51,780 bases of DNA from an uncultured Pseudomonadota bacterium (lineage in GTDB: Bacteria; Pseudomonadota; Alphaproteobacteria; RF32; CAG-239). Shown piece after piece: positions 17,285 through 26,567 of the stretch (positions within the stretch are counted from its first letter, which is position 1; every line of letters begins with the position of its first letter). The stretch spans positions 1 through 51,780 of the forward strand of contig CASFLC010000131.1 of NCBI GenBank assembly GCA_949295475.1, written 5' to 3'. Both the position numbers and the translations under genes were made by a program. The notes beneath the pieces are model-generated. The model was not told the DNA's origin, ran no database searches, and worked only from the letters and a program-made list of their open reading frames with translations.

Positions 17285-17340
17285 GCTGCCCGCTCTCCGG
17301 ACAGCAAGGTTATGATATAAAACCGGCAAAAATTTGCAAC

Positions 17341-17371
17341 AAAAAAACTCCCGATGTTTACCGGGAGTTTT
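17341..17371 (-). terminator. valS terminator
   Basis: AAAACTCCCG/CGGGAGTTTT stem with flanking A-tract. Confidence 0.7.
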
Positions 17372-17392
17372 GAGGGTACAGTTTGAACGCCC

Positions 17393-20041
17393 CTAAAAAT
17401 TGGCAATGCGCTGCAAGGCTTCTTCCACTTTGGCCTTGTTTTCCAAGGCTTCCGTCTGGCGGCGTTTTTCTTCTTCCACCACCGCGGCCGGCGCCCGTTC
17501 CACAAAGCTGGGGTTGCCCAGTTTGCGAGCGTAACCCTCCAGATTTTTATTAAGGTTTTCAAGCTCTTTGTTCAGGCGTTCCCTCTCGGCGGCAAAATCG
17601 ACCACGCCCTTCAGAGGCAGCAGCAAAACCGCCTCACGGAAAACGCCCTGCGCCATATCGGAGGTTATCTCGCCCGTGTAAATTTCCGCCTTTTCCAGAC
17701 GAGCCAGCGAGCAGATAATCGACGCAAAAGACTGCAGGTGTTCTGCCGAAGCAGCATCGGCGCCTTTGAGATACAAAGTCAATCTGGCTCCGGCCGGAAT
17801 ATTCATTTCCGACCTGAGGGAACGAACTGCCGAAATCAAGTCAATCGTCCAATCAATGTCGTTCATGGCGGCGCTGTCAATGTTTTCAGACTGCGGCCAG
17901 GCGGCATGAATCAGTTTGACATCCCGGTCGGCGGTATTGTTCCACAACTCCGTGGTGATAAAAGGCATAAACGGGTGCAGAATAATCAATATCCGGTCCA
18001 AAACCCAACCAAACGTTGCGCGGGTTTCGGCTTTTTGCGTTTCGTCCTCGCCATAGAGAATCGGCTTTATCATCTCAATATACCAATCGCAGAACGCGCC
18101 CCAGACAAACTGATAAACCGCGTTGGCGGCGTCTGAAAATCTGAAGGCATTGAGATTGGCGGTTACCTGCTCCGTGGCCTCTTTGGCTTTGGCGATAATC
18201 CATTTATTAACCGGATGGCTAACCCCTTTTTCATCAAAACCTTTTACCGGCGCGCAGTTGTTCATCTCGCCAAACCGGGCGGCATTCCACAGCTTGGTGG
18301 CAAAATTGCGGTATCCGGCAATGCGGGCCTCGCTCATATTAATGTCGCGCCCCTGGGTTTCCATGGCAGCCATAAAGAAGCGCAAAGCGTCCGCTCCGTA
18401 TTTTTCTATCGTTTCCATCGGGTCGACGGTGTTGCCTTTGGATTTTGACATCTTGCGGCCCTGCTCGTCGCGGACCAGTCCGTGAATATAGCATTTGCGG
18501 AACGGGACGCGCTTCATCATGTACATGCTCATCATCATCATGCGGGCAACCCAGAAAAAGATGATGTCAAAGGCCGTCACCAAGACAGATGTCGGATAAA
18601 ACGTGTCCAGATATTCGTTTTTATCCGGCCAGCCGAGGGTTGAAAAAGCCCACAATCCGGAAGAGAACCAAGTGTCAAGCACATCGGTTTCCCGACGCAG
18701 TTCGACATGATGTCCGTAATGTTTATCCGCCGCGGCCTGAGCCTCTTCCTCGGTTTCTTCGCAAAAGATTTTGTCATCCGGACCGTACCAAATCGGCATG
18801 CGGTGCCCCCACCACAGCTGGCGGGAAATGCACCACGGCTGGATGTTGCGCATCCACTCAAAATAGGTCTTTTCATAAGATTTGGGAACGAACTGCATTT
18901 CGCCGTCCTCCACTGCCCGGATGGCTTCTTTGGCCAATGTCGGCGCATCGACAAACCACTGGTCGGTCAGCATCGGCTCAATCACTACATTTGAGCGGTC
19001 GCCGTAAGGAATAACCATCGGATGATCTTCTATGCGCTCCATGAGGCCGAGTTCTTCCAGTTTTTCAATGGTCTTTTGGCGTGCCGTCTGGGTATCCATT
19101 CCCGGGAAGGGCGTATTTTCATTCAGCGTGGCGTCCGGATTCAAAATATTTATCAGCGGCAGATTGTGGCGTTTGCCAACCTCAAAATCGTTAAAGTCAT
19201 GAGCAGGCGTAATTTTAACCGCACCGGTTCCTTTTTCGGGATCGGCATGCTCGTCGGCAATAATCGGAATAATCTTGTCAACAATCGGCAAAACTGCGTT
19301 TTTGCCAATCAGATGCTTCAATTTTTCATTGTCCTTACTAACGGCAACCGCGGTATCGCCAAACATGGTTTCGGGACGAGTGGTCGCGATATGGATAAAC
19401 TCACCGGGTTCGCCTTCAATCGGATATTTGTAATAATACATTTTGCCGACGGTCTCTTTTTGGACGACCTCCAGATCGGACACGGCGGTCATAAATTTGG
19501 AATCCCAATTGACCAGTTTTTTGGCTTTGTAAATCAGGCCGTCTTTGTAAAGGTTTACAAAAATTTTGCGAACGGCGCGGCTCAAGCCCTCATCCATAGT
19601 GAAACGCTCGCGGCTCCAGTCGCAGGAAGCGCCCAGACGACGCAGCTGTTTGCAGATGATGCCGCCGGATTGTTCCTTCCACTTCCAGACGGTTTCGATA
19701 AACTTGTCGCGCCCCAAATCATGGCGGGTAATTCCGTCTTTGGCCAGATTTCTTTCAACAACCATCTGGGTGGCTATGCCGGCGTGATCGGTTCCCGGCT
19801 GCCACAACACCTTTTTGCCGAGCATGCGGTTGTAACGGACCAAAATATCCTGGAGCGTATCGTTCAGCGCGTGCCCCATATGCAAAACGCCGGTTACGTT
19901 TGGCGGCGGAATAACGATGGCAAATGCGTCTTTGTCTGCACGCATATCAGATTTGAAATCTCCGGATGCCTCCCAATCGGCATAAATTTTTTCTTCAAAA
20001 TCTTTAGGGTTATAATTTTTTTCCAACATTGTTTTTTCCAT
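17393..20041 (-). CDS. valS: Valine--tRNA ligase
   Basis: PPPNVTGVLHMGH, WCISRQLWWGH, KMSKS; start is ATG 20041 or 20029. Confidence 0.99.
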   Translation of the reverse strand: MEKTMLEKNYNPKDFEEKIYADWEASGDFKSDMRADKDAFAIVIPPPNVTGVLHMGHALNDTLQDILVRYNRMLGKKVLWQPGTDHAGIATQMVVERNLAKDGITRHDLGRDKFIETVWKWKEQSGGIICKQLRRLGASCDWSRERFTMDEGLSRAVRKIFVNLYKDGLIYKAKKLVNWDSKFMTAVSDLEVVQKETVGKMYYYKYPIEGEPGEFIHIATTRPETMFGDTAVAVSKDNEKLKHLIGKNAVLPIVDKIIPIIADEHADPEKGTGAVKITPAHDFNDFEVGKRHNLPLINILNPDATLNENTPFPGMDTQTARQKTIEKLEELGLMERIEDHPMVIPYGDRSNVVIEPMLTDQWFVDAPTLAKEAIRAVEDGEMQFVPKSYEKTYFEWMRNIQPWCISRQLWWGHRMPIWYGPDDKIFCEETEEEAQAAADKHYGHHVELRRETDVLDTWFSSGLWAFSTLGWPDKNEYLDTFYPTSVLVTAFDIIFFWVARMMMMSMYMMKRVPFRKCYIHGLVRDEQGRKMSKSKGNTVDPMETIEKYGADALRFFMAAMETQGRDINMSEARIAGYRNFATKLWNAARFGEMNNCAPVKGFDEKGVSHPVNKWIIAKAKEATEQVTANLNAFRFSDAANAVYQFVWGAFCDWYIEMIKPILYGEDETQKAETRATFGWVLDRILIILHPFMPFITTELWNNTADRDVKLIHAAWPQSENIDSAAMNDIDWTIDLISAVRSLRSEMNIPAGARLTLYLKGADAASAEHLQSFASIICSLARLEKAEIYTGEITSDMAQGVFREAVLLLPLKGVVDFAAERERLNKELENLNKNLEGYARKLGNPSFVERAPAAVVEEEKRRQTEALENKAKVEEALQRIANF

Positions 20042-20131
20042 TTTCTGCTTATTATTCTGAAACTTTATCAATTGCAAAATGCCCTCAAATTTTAATTTGG
20101 GGGCATAAATGAAGTGAGGCCGGCGCCGGCA

Positions 20132-21223
20132 TTACCGGTCATCGCCAACCTTTGCCATCACTCGCTCAATCTCTTGTTTGACAATCCGCTCAACCAACGC
20201 CGGCAGATTTTTATCCAGCCATTTTTGGGTTTGTTCGGCAATTTCTTCGCGGGCCAGTTTGTCGTAATCGGCACCCTTGCGCCAGTTTTGAGACACTTCT
20301 TCTCCGATTATCCGGCGGATAACCGAAGCAACGACATCTTCAATCGTCCGATTGGCACTGCCGAGTTCTCTGACCGGTTCGGCAGCCTCAACCTGCTCTT
20401 CCGGTTCGGCAGCCTTTTCGCGCGTAAACATTTTGGCAAAATTGCTGATAATCGATGCGGAAACATCTACCGCATTTTTTTCCGCCGGCATTTCGATACC
20501 GGAATCCGTCCGAAAGTCCCGAGGTTCCGGTTCGGGCTGTTTCTTCGGTTCCTCGTCCTGTTGATAAGCGGGAGCCTGAGGCGCATCCGCTTCAAAATAG
20601 GGCTCGGCTTCGACCTCTTCCAGTGTCGGCAGAATAATTTCCGGTTCCCGTGCGCTTTCCATTATCTTGGCGGGTTCCTCCTGATAAGAGGTTTCCCGAT
20701 AATCGGCATTTTCTGTTTTTTCAACATCAAACGGGTCAGACTCCTCGTCCTGAGGTTCAATTTCGGAAAGTCCCTGAGCATCATCGGCAGGCAATTCTTC
20801 CGTTTCCGTCGAAACAGCCTTTTCGGGTGTCAACTCATTTTCCCCCTCTTCGGGTTCCTCCTCAAAAGCAGCGGCGGGAGCCTCCAGGTTTTCCTGACTA
20901 TTTTCGGGCTCCCCAGAAATACCGTCCAACTCGGCATCCAGATTTATTTCTTCTTCCGAATTGGCAAAATCCTCTATTCGCATGGACGGAGACAAATCAA
21001 GAACGTCATCTTCTTCAACCCGATTTGCGGTTTCAGGTTCGGAAGGTTCGGCCTTTTCCGTTTTGGCGGGCGTCTGAGTTTCGTCACTTTCCGCCCCGGG
21101 AGCTGAAATTTCCGGTTCTTTTTTTTCTTCCTGTTGTTTACCGGAATTTTCATCTTCCGACAAAATATTTTTAATTGAAGATAAAATATCTTCCATGGAA
21201 AGTTCCTGATTGTCTTCAGCCAT
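20132..21223 (-). CDS. popZ: Polar organizing protein PopZ (DUF2497)
   Basis: N-terminal SMEDILSSIKNILSED, long acidic Pro-rich linker, C-terminal WLDKNLPALVERIVKQEIERV; tolC-popZ-valS synteny. Confidence 0.9.
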   Translation of the reverse strand: MAEDNQELSMEDILSSIKNILSEDENSGKQQEEKKEPEISAPGAESDETQTPAKTEKAEPSEPETANRVEEDDVLDLSPSMRIEDFANSEEEINLDAELDGISGEPENSQENLEAPAAAFEEEPEEGENELTPEKAVSTETEELPADDAQGLSEIEPQDEESDPFDVEKTENADYRETSYQEEPAKIMESAREPEIILPTLEEVEAEPYFEADAPQAPAYQQDEEPKKQPEPEPRDFRTDSGIEMPAEKNAVDVSASIISNFAKMFTREKAAEPEEQVEAAEPVRELGSANRTIEDVVASVIRRIIGEEVSQNWRKGADYDKLAREEIAEQTQKWLDKNLPALVERIVKQEIERVMAKVGDDR

Positions 21224-21312
21224 AATTTACATTCCCGAATATTAACATGAAAGCTATTTTACATAAAATTATCTCATTATCAAGAGCTTCGACAATTTTT
21301 AGCAAAAAAACT

Positions 21313-22686
21313 TTAATTCAGAGCCAGCCATTTGTCCCGGGTTTCTTTATAAAACTTTTTGGGATTATAAATATCTACCCCGAGTTTCAAATCTTCCGCC
21401 GTCAGCTTACCCATCGAAACCAACAAATTCATTACGGAAACGTAATAGTCTCGGCGAGCCGTAACTTCACTGACATTGGAGTTCAGCAATTCCTGATACG
21501 CATCCAAAACATCCAAAATCGTGCGGTTGCCGAGGGCTTCTTCTTTTTGAACTCCGTCCAAAGCTATTTCGTTGGCTTTTATCTGATCTTTGAGCGCCTT
21601 AATCTGCGAAGCATTGGAAATCATATATTCCCAAGCTCTGGAGACGACGGCCTGAACACTGCGCTGAGCCTCCAAAACCTGCTCTTGCGCCTGCCATTTC
21701 TGATATTTGCTCTGGCGGATTTTGGCGCGGTTTTCGCCGGCATCATACAGCGGAATGCTCATATTAACGCCCCACTCAACATTATCGGTTTCAATATCGC
21801 CGTAAATGCTCTGATTGCTGTCATTTTCAACTTTGGAAACAGATCCCTCCAGGCTTATCTGCGGCAACAGCGCTCCGGTATTGGCGTAAACGGTATATGT
21901 TTGCGAATCAAGCATGTGTTTGGCCTGGCGAATGGTGTAATTGTTATCCATCGCGACATTCAACGCTTCCTCATAATTTTTTGGCAAAAAATCCCTGATT
22001 TGAGCAGGATCTTCAAGCTTTTCCGGCTTGGAACCGATAATCTGCGTATAAGTCGCCTTGGAAGCTTCAAGATTTCCTTCCGAGGCAATGCGGTCCGACA
22101 TTGCCTGAGAATAACGCGCCTGAGCCTGAGACACGTCGGTGCGGGTTACCTCGCCGACATTAAAGCGCTGCTGAGTTTCATCCAGACGTTTTTTCAGCAA
22201 TTTCTCGTTGTTTTTCTGCAGTTCGACAATGGCGGTATCCCGGTAAACGTCCAGATAAGCTGTGGCGGCCTGCAAAAAAATGTCCTGCTCCACATTATAC
22301 AAATTATTTTGCTCGGCACGAACCTGACTGTCCGCCGCTTTAACCGAGTTTACCGTTGAAAAACCGCTGAAAACCGGCTGCGAAATTCTGGCGGCCACAC
22401 TCCCTGTATGACTGTCGCCGTCCCCCACGCGATAAGCCCCGCGATCAGAATCAACATTGCTTTTAGTTTCTCCGTAAGAGCCGTCCAGACTGACAGTCGG
22501 ACGGTATCCCGACTTGGCTATTGCAACATTTTCATCAATGCTGCGCAGGTATGCGCGCTGTGCCTGAAGGGTCGGGTTGGTATTGTAAGTTTCGCTCAAG
22601 GCCTCAAAAATATTCTGGGCGCGGGCCGTTCCGCTCAAACTTAAGGCGGTTGCCAGCATCAGACCGGCCATAAAGGAGTTCTTCAT
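21313..22686 (-). CDS. tolC: TolC-family outer membrane protein
   Basis: Signal peptide; NPTLQAQRA, RFNVGEVTRTDV, GNRTILDVLDA motifs. Confidence 0.93.
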   Translation of the reverse strand: MKNSFMAGLMLATALSLSGTARAQNIFEALSETYNTNPTLQAQRAYLRSIDENVAIAKSGYRPTVSLDGSYGETKSNVDSDRGAYRVGDGDSHTGSVAARISQPVFSGFSTVNSVKAADSQVRAEQNNLYNVEQDIFLQAATAYLDVYRDTAIVELQKNNEKLLKKRLDETQQRFNVGEVTRTDVSQAQARYSQAMSDRIASEGNLEASKATYTQIIGSKPEKLEDPAQIRDFLPKNYEEALNVAMDNNYTIRQAKHMLDSQTYTVYANTGALLPQISLEGSVSKVENDSNQSIYGDIETDNVEWGVNMSIPLYDAGENRAKIRQSKYQKWQAQEQVLEAQRSVQAVVSRAWEYMISNASQIKALKDQIKANEIALDGVQKEEALGNRTILDVLDAYQELLNSNVSEVTARRDYYVSVMNLLVSMGKLTAEDLKLGVDIYNPKKFYKETRDKWLALN

Positions 22687-22883
22687 TCTTTCACCTCAAA
22701 AATTGCATTAATTGGCGTGATTATATCCAGTTACGTTTGAATTTACAACTAAATTTATTAAAAAACTTATAATTCTGACTGTAAACTTTAACGGAAAATA
22801 ATTATATTATTAACCATATTTCAAACAATTCCTTTTAGGGTTGAGGATAATTCCGTATTTTTGCATGCAAGGAGTAGATTAAG

Positions 22884-25343
22884 GTGAAAAAGAATTCCGC
22901 CATCATCAACGAAATTGACCGCGCCCGGCTCAAACTTTCCATAGAACATTATATCAAATATTTTATCGGAAAAAGGACTTGCGAAATCAATAAAGACGAA
23001 GCCTTGGAGGCTATTGCGCTGGCCGTGCGCGAATTTGCGATGGACAAGATGTATGAAACCATCGCCCGCTACAACAAGTGCAATTCGAAAAGAATATATT
23101 ACCTCTCCATTGAATATCTCATCGGGCGCTCGCTGGAAAACAACCTGCACAATCTCGGTTTGTTTGACATTCTCAAAAGCATTAAAATCGACGGATTGCC
23201 GGATATTTCTCTGGAAGAAATTTTTGATACCGAATATGATCCGGCGCTCGGCAACGGCGGACTTGGTCGTCTGGCCGCCTGTTATTTGGATTCAATGGCT
23301 TCGCTGGGCATCCCCGGTTTCGGTTACGGTATTAACTATCAATTCGGTCTTTTTAAACAAAAATTCGAAAACGGCTACCAGGTCGAACAGGCCGACAGTT
23401 GGCAGGGCGAAGATTCACCTTGGCAGTTTGCCCGGCTGGACCGGATTGTCAAAATTCCGATTTACGGCGAAGTGGAAACCCTGGAAAGTCCCAACGGACA
23501 GAAAAACTTTATCTGGATGAACACCAAAACCCTGTACGGCGTGCCGTTTGATTTTCCGATTGTCGGCTACGAGGGCAAGTCCGTCAACTATCTTCGCCTG
23601 TTCTCAGCCAAAACCGACGACGAACTTGACATCAACATCTTTAACGAAGGCGGCTATATCGAAGCCATGAAAGAAAAAATCGAAACCGAAACGATTTCCA
23701 AGGTTTTGTATCCGTCTGACGCCGTAGAATCCGGCAAGGAACTGCGCCTCAAACAGCAATACTTTTTTGCGTCCTGCGCCATTCAGGACATCGTCCGCCG
23801 CTTTTTGGAAAAGAGCAATGATTTCAGCCAGCTGCCCGAAAAAGTCGTTATTCAGCTTAATGACACGCATCCGGCCATTGCCATTGCCGAACTGATGCGC
23901 GTTTTGGTCGACGAACACGGACAAGAATGGGACAAGGCCTGGGACATTACGACAAAAGTATTCGCCTATACCAACCATACGCTGCTGCCGGAAGCGCTCG
24001 AGACCTGGCCTTCCCGCATTTTGGGAAAAATGCTGCCGCGACACTTGCAGATTATCTACGAAATCAACCGCCGCTTTATTGAATTTGCCAAGTCAAAATT
24101 CGGCGATGATCACGCCAAGCTGGACAAGGTCTCGATTGTTCACGGAGACGGCGACAACCAGATTATCCGCATGGCCAATCTTTCGATTGTCGGCTCCTTT
24201 TCCGTCAACGGCGTGGCCAAAATCCATTCCGAGCTGATTAAAACCTCGCTGGTTCCGGAATTTTATGAGCTTTGGCCGGAAAAATTCCACAACATTACCA
24301 ACGGCATTACGCCGCGGCGCTGGCTGCAGCATGCCAACACCGCGCTGGCAGACCTGATTACCTCCAAAATCGGAGACGAATGGGTGACCAATCTGCCGCT
24401 GCTGCGGGGACTGGAAGATTATGCCAAAGACAAAAAATTCATCAAAGACTTTTCAGCCATTAAAATTGCCAACAAAAACCGGCTGGCAAAAGTCGTCTTT
24501 AAAGCAACCGGCGTGATGATTAACCCGGAAAGCATGTATATCGTCCATGCCAAACGCATTCACGAATACAAACGCCAGTTGATGACAATTTTGCAGGTTA
24601 TCGGCGATTATCTTGACATCATTAAAGACAATATCCGTCCGGCAACGTCCAAAACCTATATTTTTGCCGGAAAGGCCGCACCATCCTACAATTTTGCCAA
24701 GCTTATCATCAAGCTGATTAACAATGTGGCCGATGTTGTCAACAACGATCCGCGCGTCAATGACATGCTCAAGGTGGTCTTTGTTCCGGACTACAAAGTT
24801 TCGCTGGCGGAAGTTTTGATTCCGGCCGCCGACGTCAGCATTCAGTCCTCAACCGCCGGATTTGAAGCCAGCGGCACCGGCAATATGAAATTTGCGCTCA
24901 ACGGCGCGCTGACCGTCGGGACACTGGACGGCGCCAACATCGAAATCCGTGAAGAAGTCGGCGAAGAAAACTTTTATCTCTTCGGCCTGACCGAGCAGGA
25001 AATTCATGAAAAACGGGCAACATACAATCCCAAAGAGATTTATGAAAACAACAATTACATCAAACGGATTTTGAACGCCGTCAACTCCAACCTCTTTTGC
25101 GAAAAAGATTATGTGCTGCTGTTTAAGCCCATTTTCGAAGAATTGGTCAACCGAGACTACTTCTTTGTTCTGGCAGACTTGCAAGCTTTTGACAAGAAGC
25201 TGGAAGAGGTTGAAAAAGACTTCTTAAACAAAGAGGTCTGGGCTAGAAAAGCTATTCTAAATGTTGCCCGAATCGGTAAGTTTTCTTCTGACCGGGCGGT
25301 TATGGAGTACACCAAAGATATTTGGCACATTGCCCCTTGTTAG
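22884..25343 (+). CDS. glgP: Glycogen/maltodextrin phosphorylase
   Basis: LGNGGLGRLAAC, QLNDTHP, KRIHEYKRQ, EASGTGNMK (PLP lysine). Confidence 0.97.
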   Translation: MKKNSAIINEIDRARLKLSIEHYIKYFIGKRTCEINKDEALEAIALAVREFAMDKMYETIARYNKCNSKRIYYLSIEYLIGRSLENNLHNLGLFDILKSIKIDGLPDISLEEIFDTEYDPALGNGGLGRLAACYLDSMASLGIPGFGYGINYQFGLFKQKFENGYQVEQADSWQGEDSPWQFARLDRIVKIPIYGEVETLESPNGQKNFIWMNTKTLYGVPFDFPIVGYEGKSVNYLRLFSAKTDDELDINIFNEGGYIEAMKEKIETETISKVLYPSDAVESGKELRLKQQYFFASCAIQDIVRRFLEKSNDFSQLPEKVVIQLNDTHPAIAIAELMRVLVDEHGQEWDKAWDITTKVFAYTNHTLLPEALETWPSRILGKMLPRHLQIIYEINRRFIEFAKSKFGDDHAKLDKVSIVHGDGDNQIIRMANLSIVGSFSVNGVAKIHSELIKTSLVPEFYELWPEKFHNITNGITPRRWLQHANTALADLITSKIGDEWVTNLPLLRGLEDYAKDKKFIKDFSAIKIANKNRLAKVVFKATGVMINPESMYIVHAKRIHEYKRQLMTILQVIGDYLDIIKDNIRPATSKTYIFAGKAAPSYNFAKLIIKLINNVADVVNNDPRVNDMLKVVFVPDYKVSLAEVLIPAADVSIQSSTAGFEASGTGNMKFALNGALTVGTLDGANIEIREEVGEENFYLFGLTEQEIHEKRATYNPKEIYENNNYIKRILNAVNSNLFCEKDYVLLFKPIFEELVNRDYFFVLADLQAFDKKLEEVEKDFLNKEVWARKAILNVARIGKFSSDRAVMEYTKDIWHIAPC

Positions 25344-25373
25344 CCTCCCTGTTCTTTTTCTTTCAAAGGATGC

Positions 25374-25405
25374 AAAAAGCCCCGGAATGTTCAGTTCCGG
25401 GGTTT
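25374..25405. terminator. Terminator between glgP and the convergent J-domain gene
   Basis: CCCCGGAA/TTCCGGGG stem flanked by A and T runs. Confidence 0.65.
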
Positions 25406-25427
25406 GCAATATACCGTTTTTTTCATA

Positions 25428-26567
25428 TCAGTTATTGACAATCTGGCTAAACTCCGGAATCGGCAAACCTGTTCCCTGCTGCAGCATTTCCTGGCGGACA
25501 AATCCCATTTCACCGTTATCAATCATGACGCGCGCCCAAACGTTATCCGGACTCAGACCGGTCAATCGTACGGTTGTGCGGGCGGGAAGCTCCTTCATTA
25601 CGTCAAAGTCATCGGACGGACCGTACATGATTTTGACTTTTTGACGCAGGTGATAAAGTCTGCTGCTGTCGGCTCGGTCAACCGGAATGTTGAGAATTTT
25701 TCCGACAACGACATCATCTACACTGCGTCCTCGGTTGCCAAAGTTGACTTCCTGATAATAACTGATTTCGTTTTTTTTTGAAAAATAATCCCACAACTCG
25801 CTTTCCGTCAGATAAACTGCTCCGCCGGAAAAAAGCGGTAACAACAGCAATATTCCGGGAATAATCAACTGTACCAGGCGAAGGGCGGCAAAATTCCATG
25901 CTTTGGGCCGGGGAATCCGCTGATTAAGCAAGGCGATAAACTTTTGCAGGCAGGATTTTTGTCCGGCATCGGCATAATCCAGCGCCATAACGGCCGAAGC
26001 GGCAGCCGAAGCAAAATCCTTTTCGTGCCAATAGGCAACCGCGTTATGACTCAAAAGCTGCAGATTGGCGGTTTTGTTGTCAACCTCTTTAAAATTTTGT
26101 ACCAGTGCGCGCGGCGTTTTCAGAAGTCCCGCGGCACTCCACCAGCCCAGCAGCCAATTTTTTGCGGAAAACTTAAAGGTTTGCTTTAGTGCGTCGCGGT
26201 AACCACAGACAATCCGCGGATGCAAAACAAGCGTTTTCCAGATTTGTCCGCGGACGTTCGTCGGCGTCAAAACCCGTAAATCAATCTCCTCTGTCTCCGA
26301 TTTTATCGGCTGAATATTTTCCAAATCCGGAAACGTTTTTTCATCATATACCTGTGACAAGATATCATACACCAAACGCGTCGTTTCGTCCTGCAGCACT
26401 TCATAGGCAGAAGAAAGTTTTTGAAAAACCTCCAACGCGTTTTCGGCCTTGTTGTGATCGGGGTGCCAAACCTTTGCCAAATCGCGGTATCGGCGTTTTA
26501 TTTCTTCGCCCGAAGCTGACGGCGAAACATTCAAAATCCGATAATATCCCAGTGCATCTTTTGTCAT
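25428..26567 (-). CDS. J-domain (DnaJ-like) membrane protein with C-terminal bacterial SH3-like domain
   Basis: YYRILNV...WHPDHN J-domain; hydrophobic helix near residue 235; IMYGPS...WARV...GEMGFV SH3b-like end. Confidence 0.75.
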   Translation of the reverse strand: MTKDALGYYRILNVSPSASGEEIKRRYRDLAKVWHPDHNKAENALEVFQKLSSAYEVLQDETTRLVYDILSQVYDEKTFPDLENIQPIKSETEEIDLRVLTPTNVRGQIWKTLVLHPRIVCGYRDALKQTFKFSAKNWLLGWWSAAGLLKTPRALVQNFKEVDNKTANLQLLSHNAVAYWHEKDFASAAASAVMALDYADAGQKSCLQKFIALLNQRIPRPKAWNFAALRLVQLIIPGILLLLPLFSGGAVYLTESELWDYFSKKNEISYYQEVNFGNRGRSVDDVVVGKILNIPVDRADSSRLYHLRQKVKIMYGPSDDFDVMKELPARTTVRLTGLSPDNVWARVMIDNGEMGFVRQEMLQQGTGLPIPEFSQIVNN

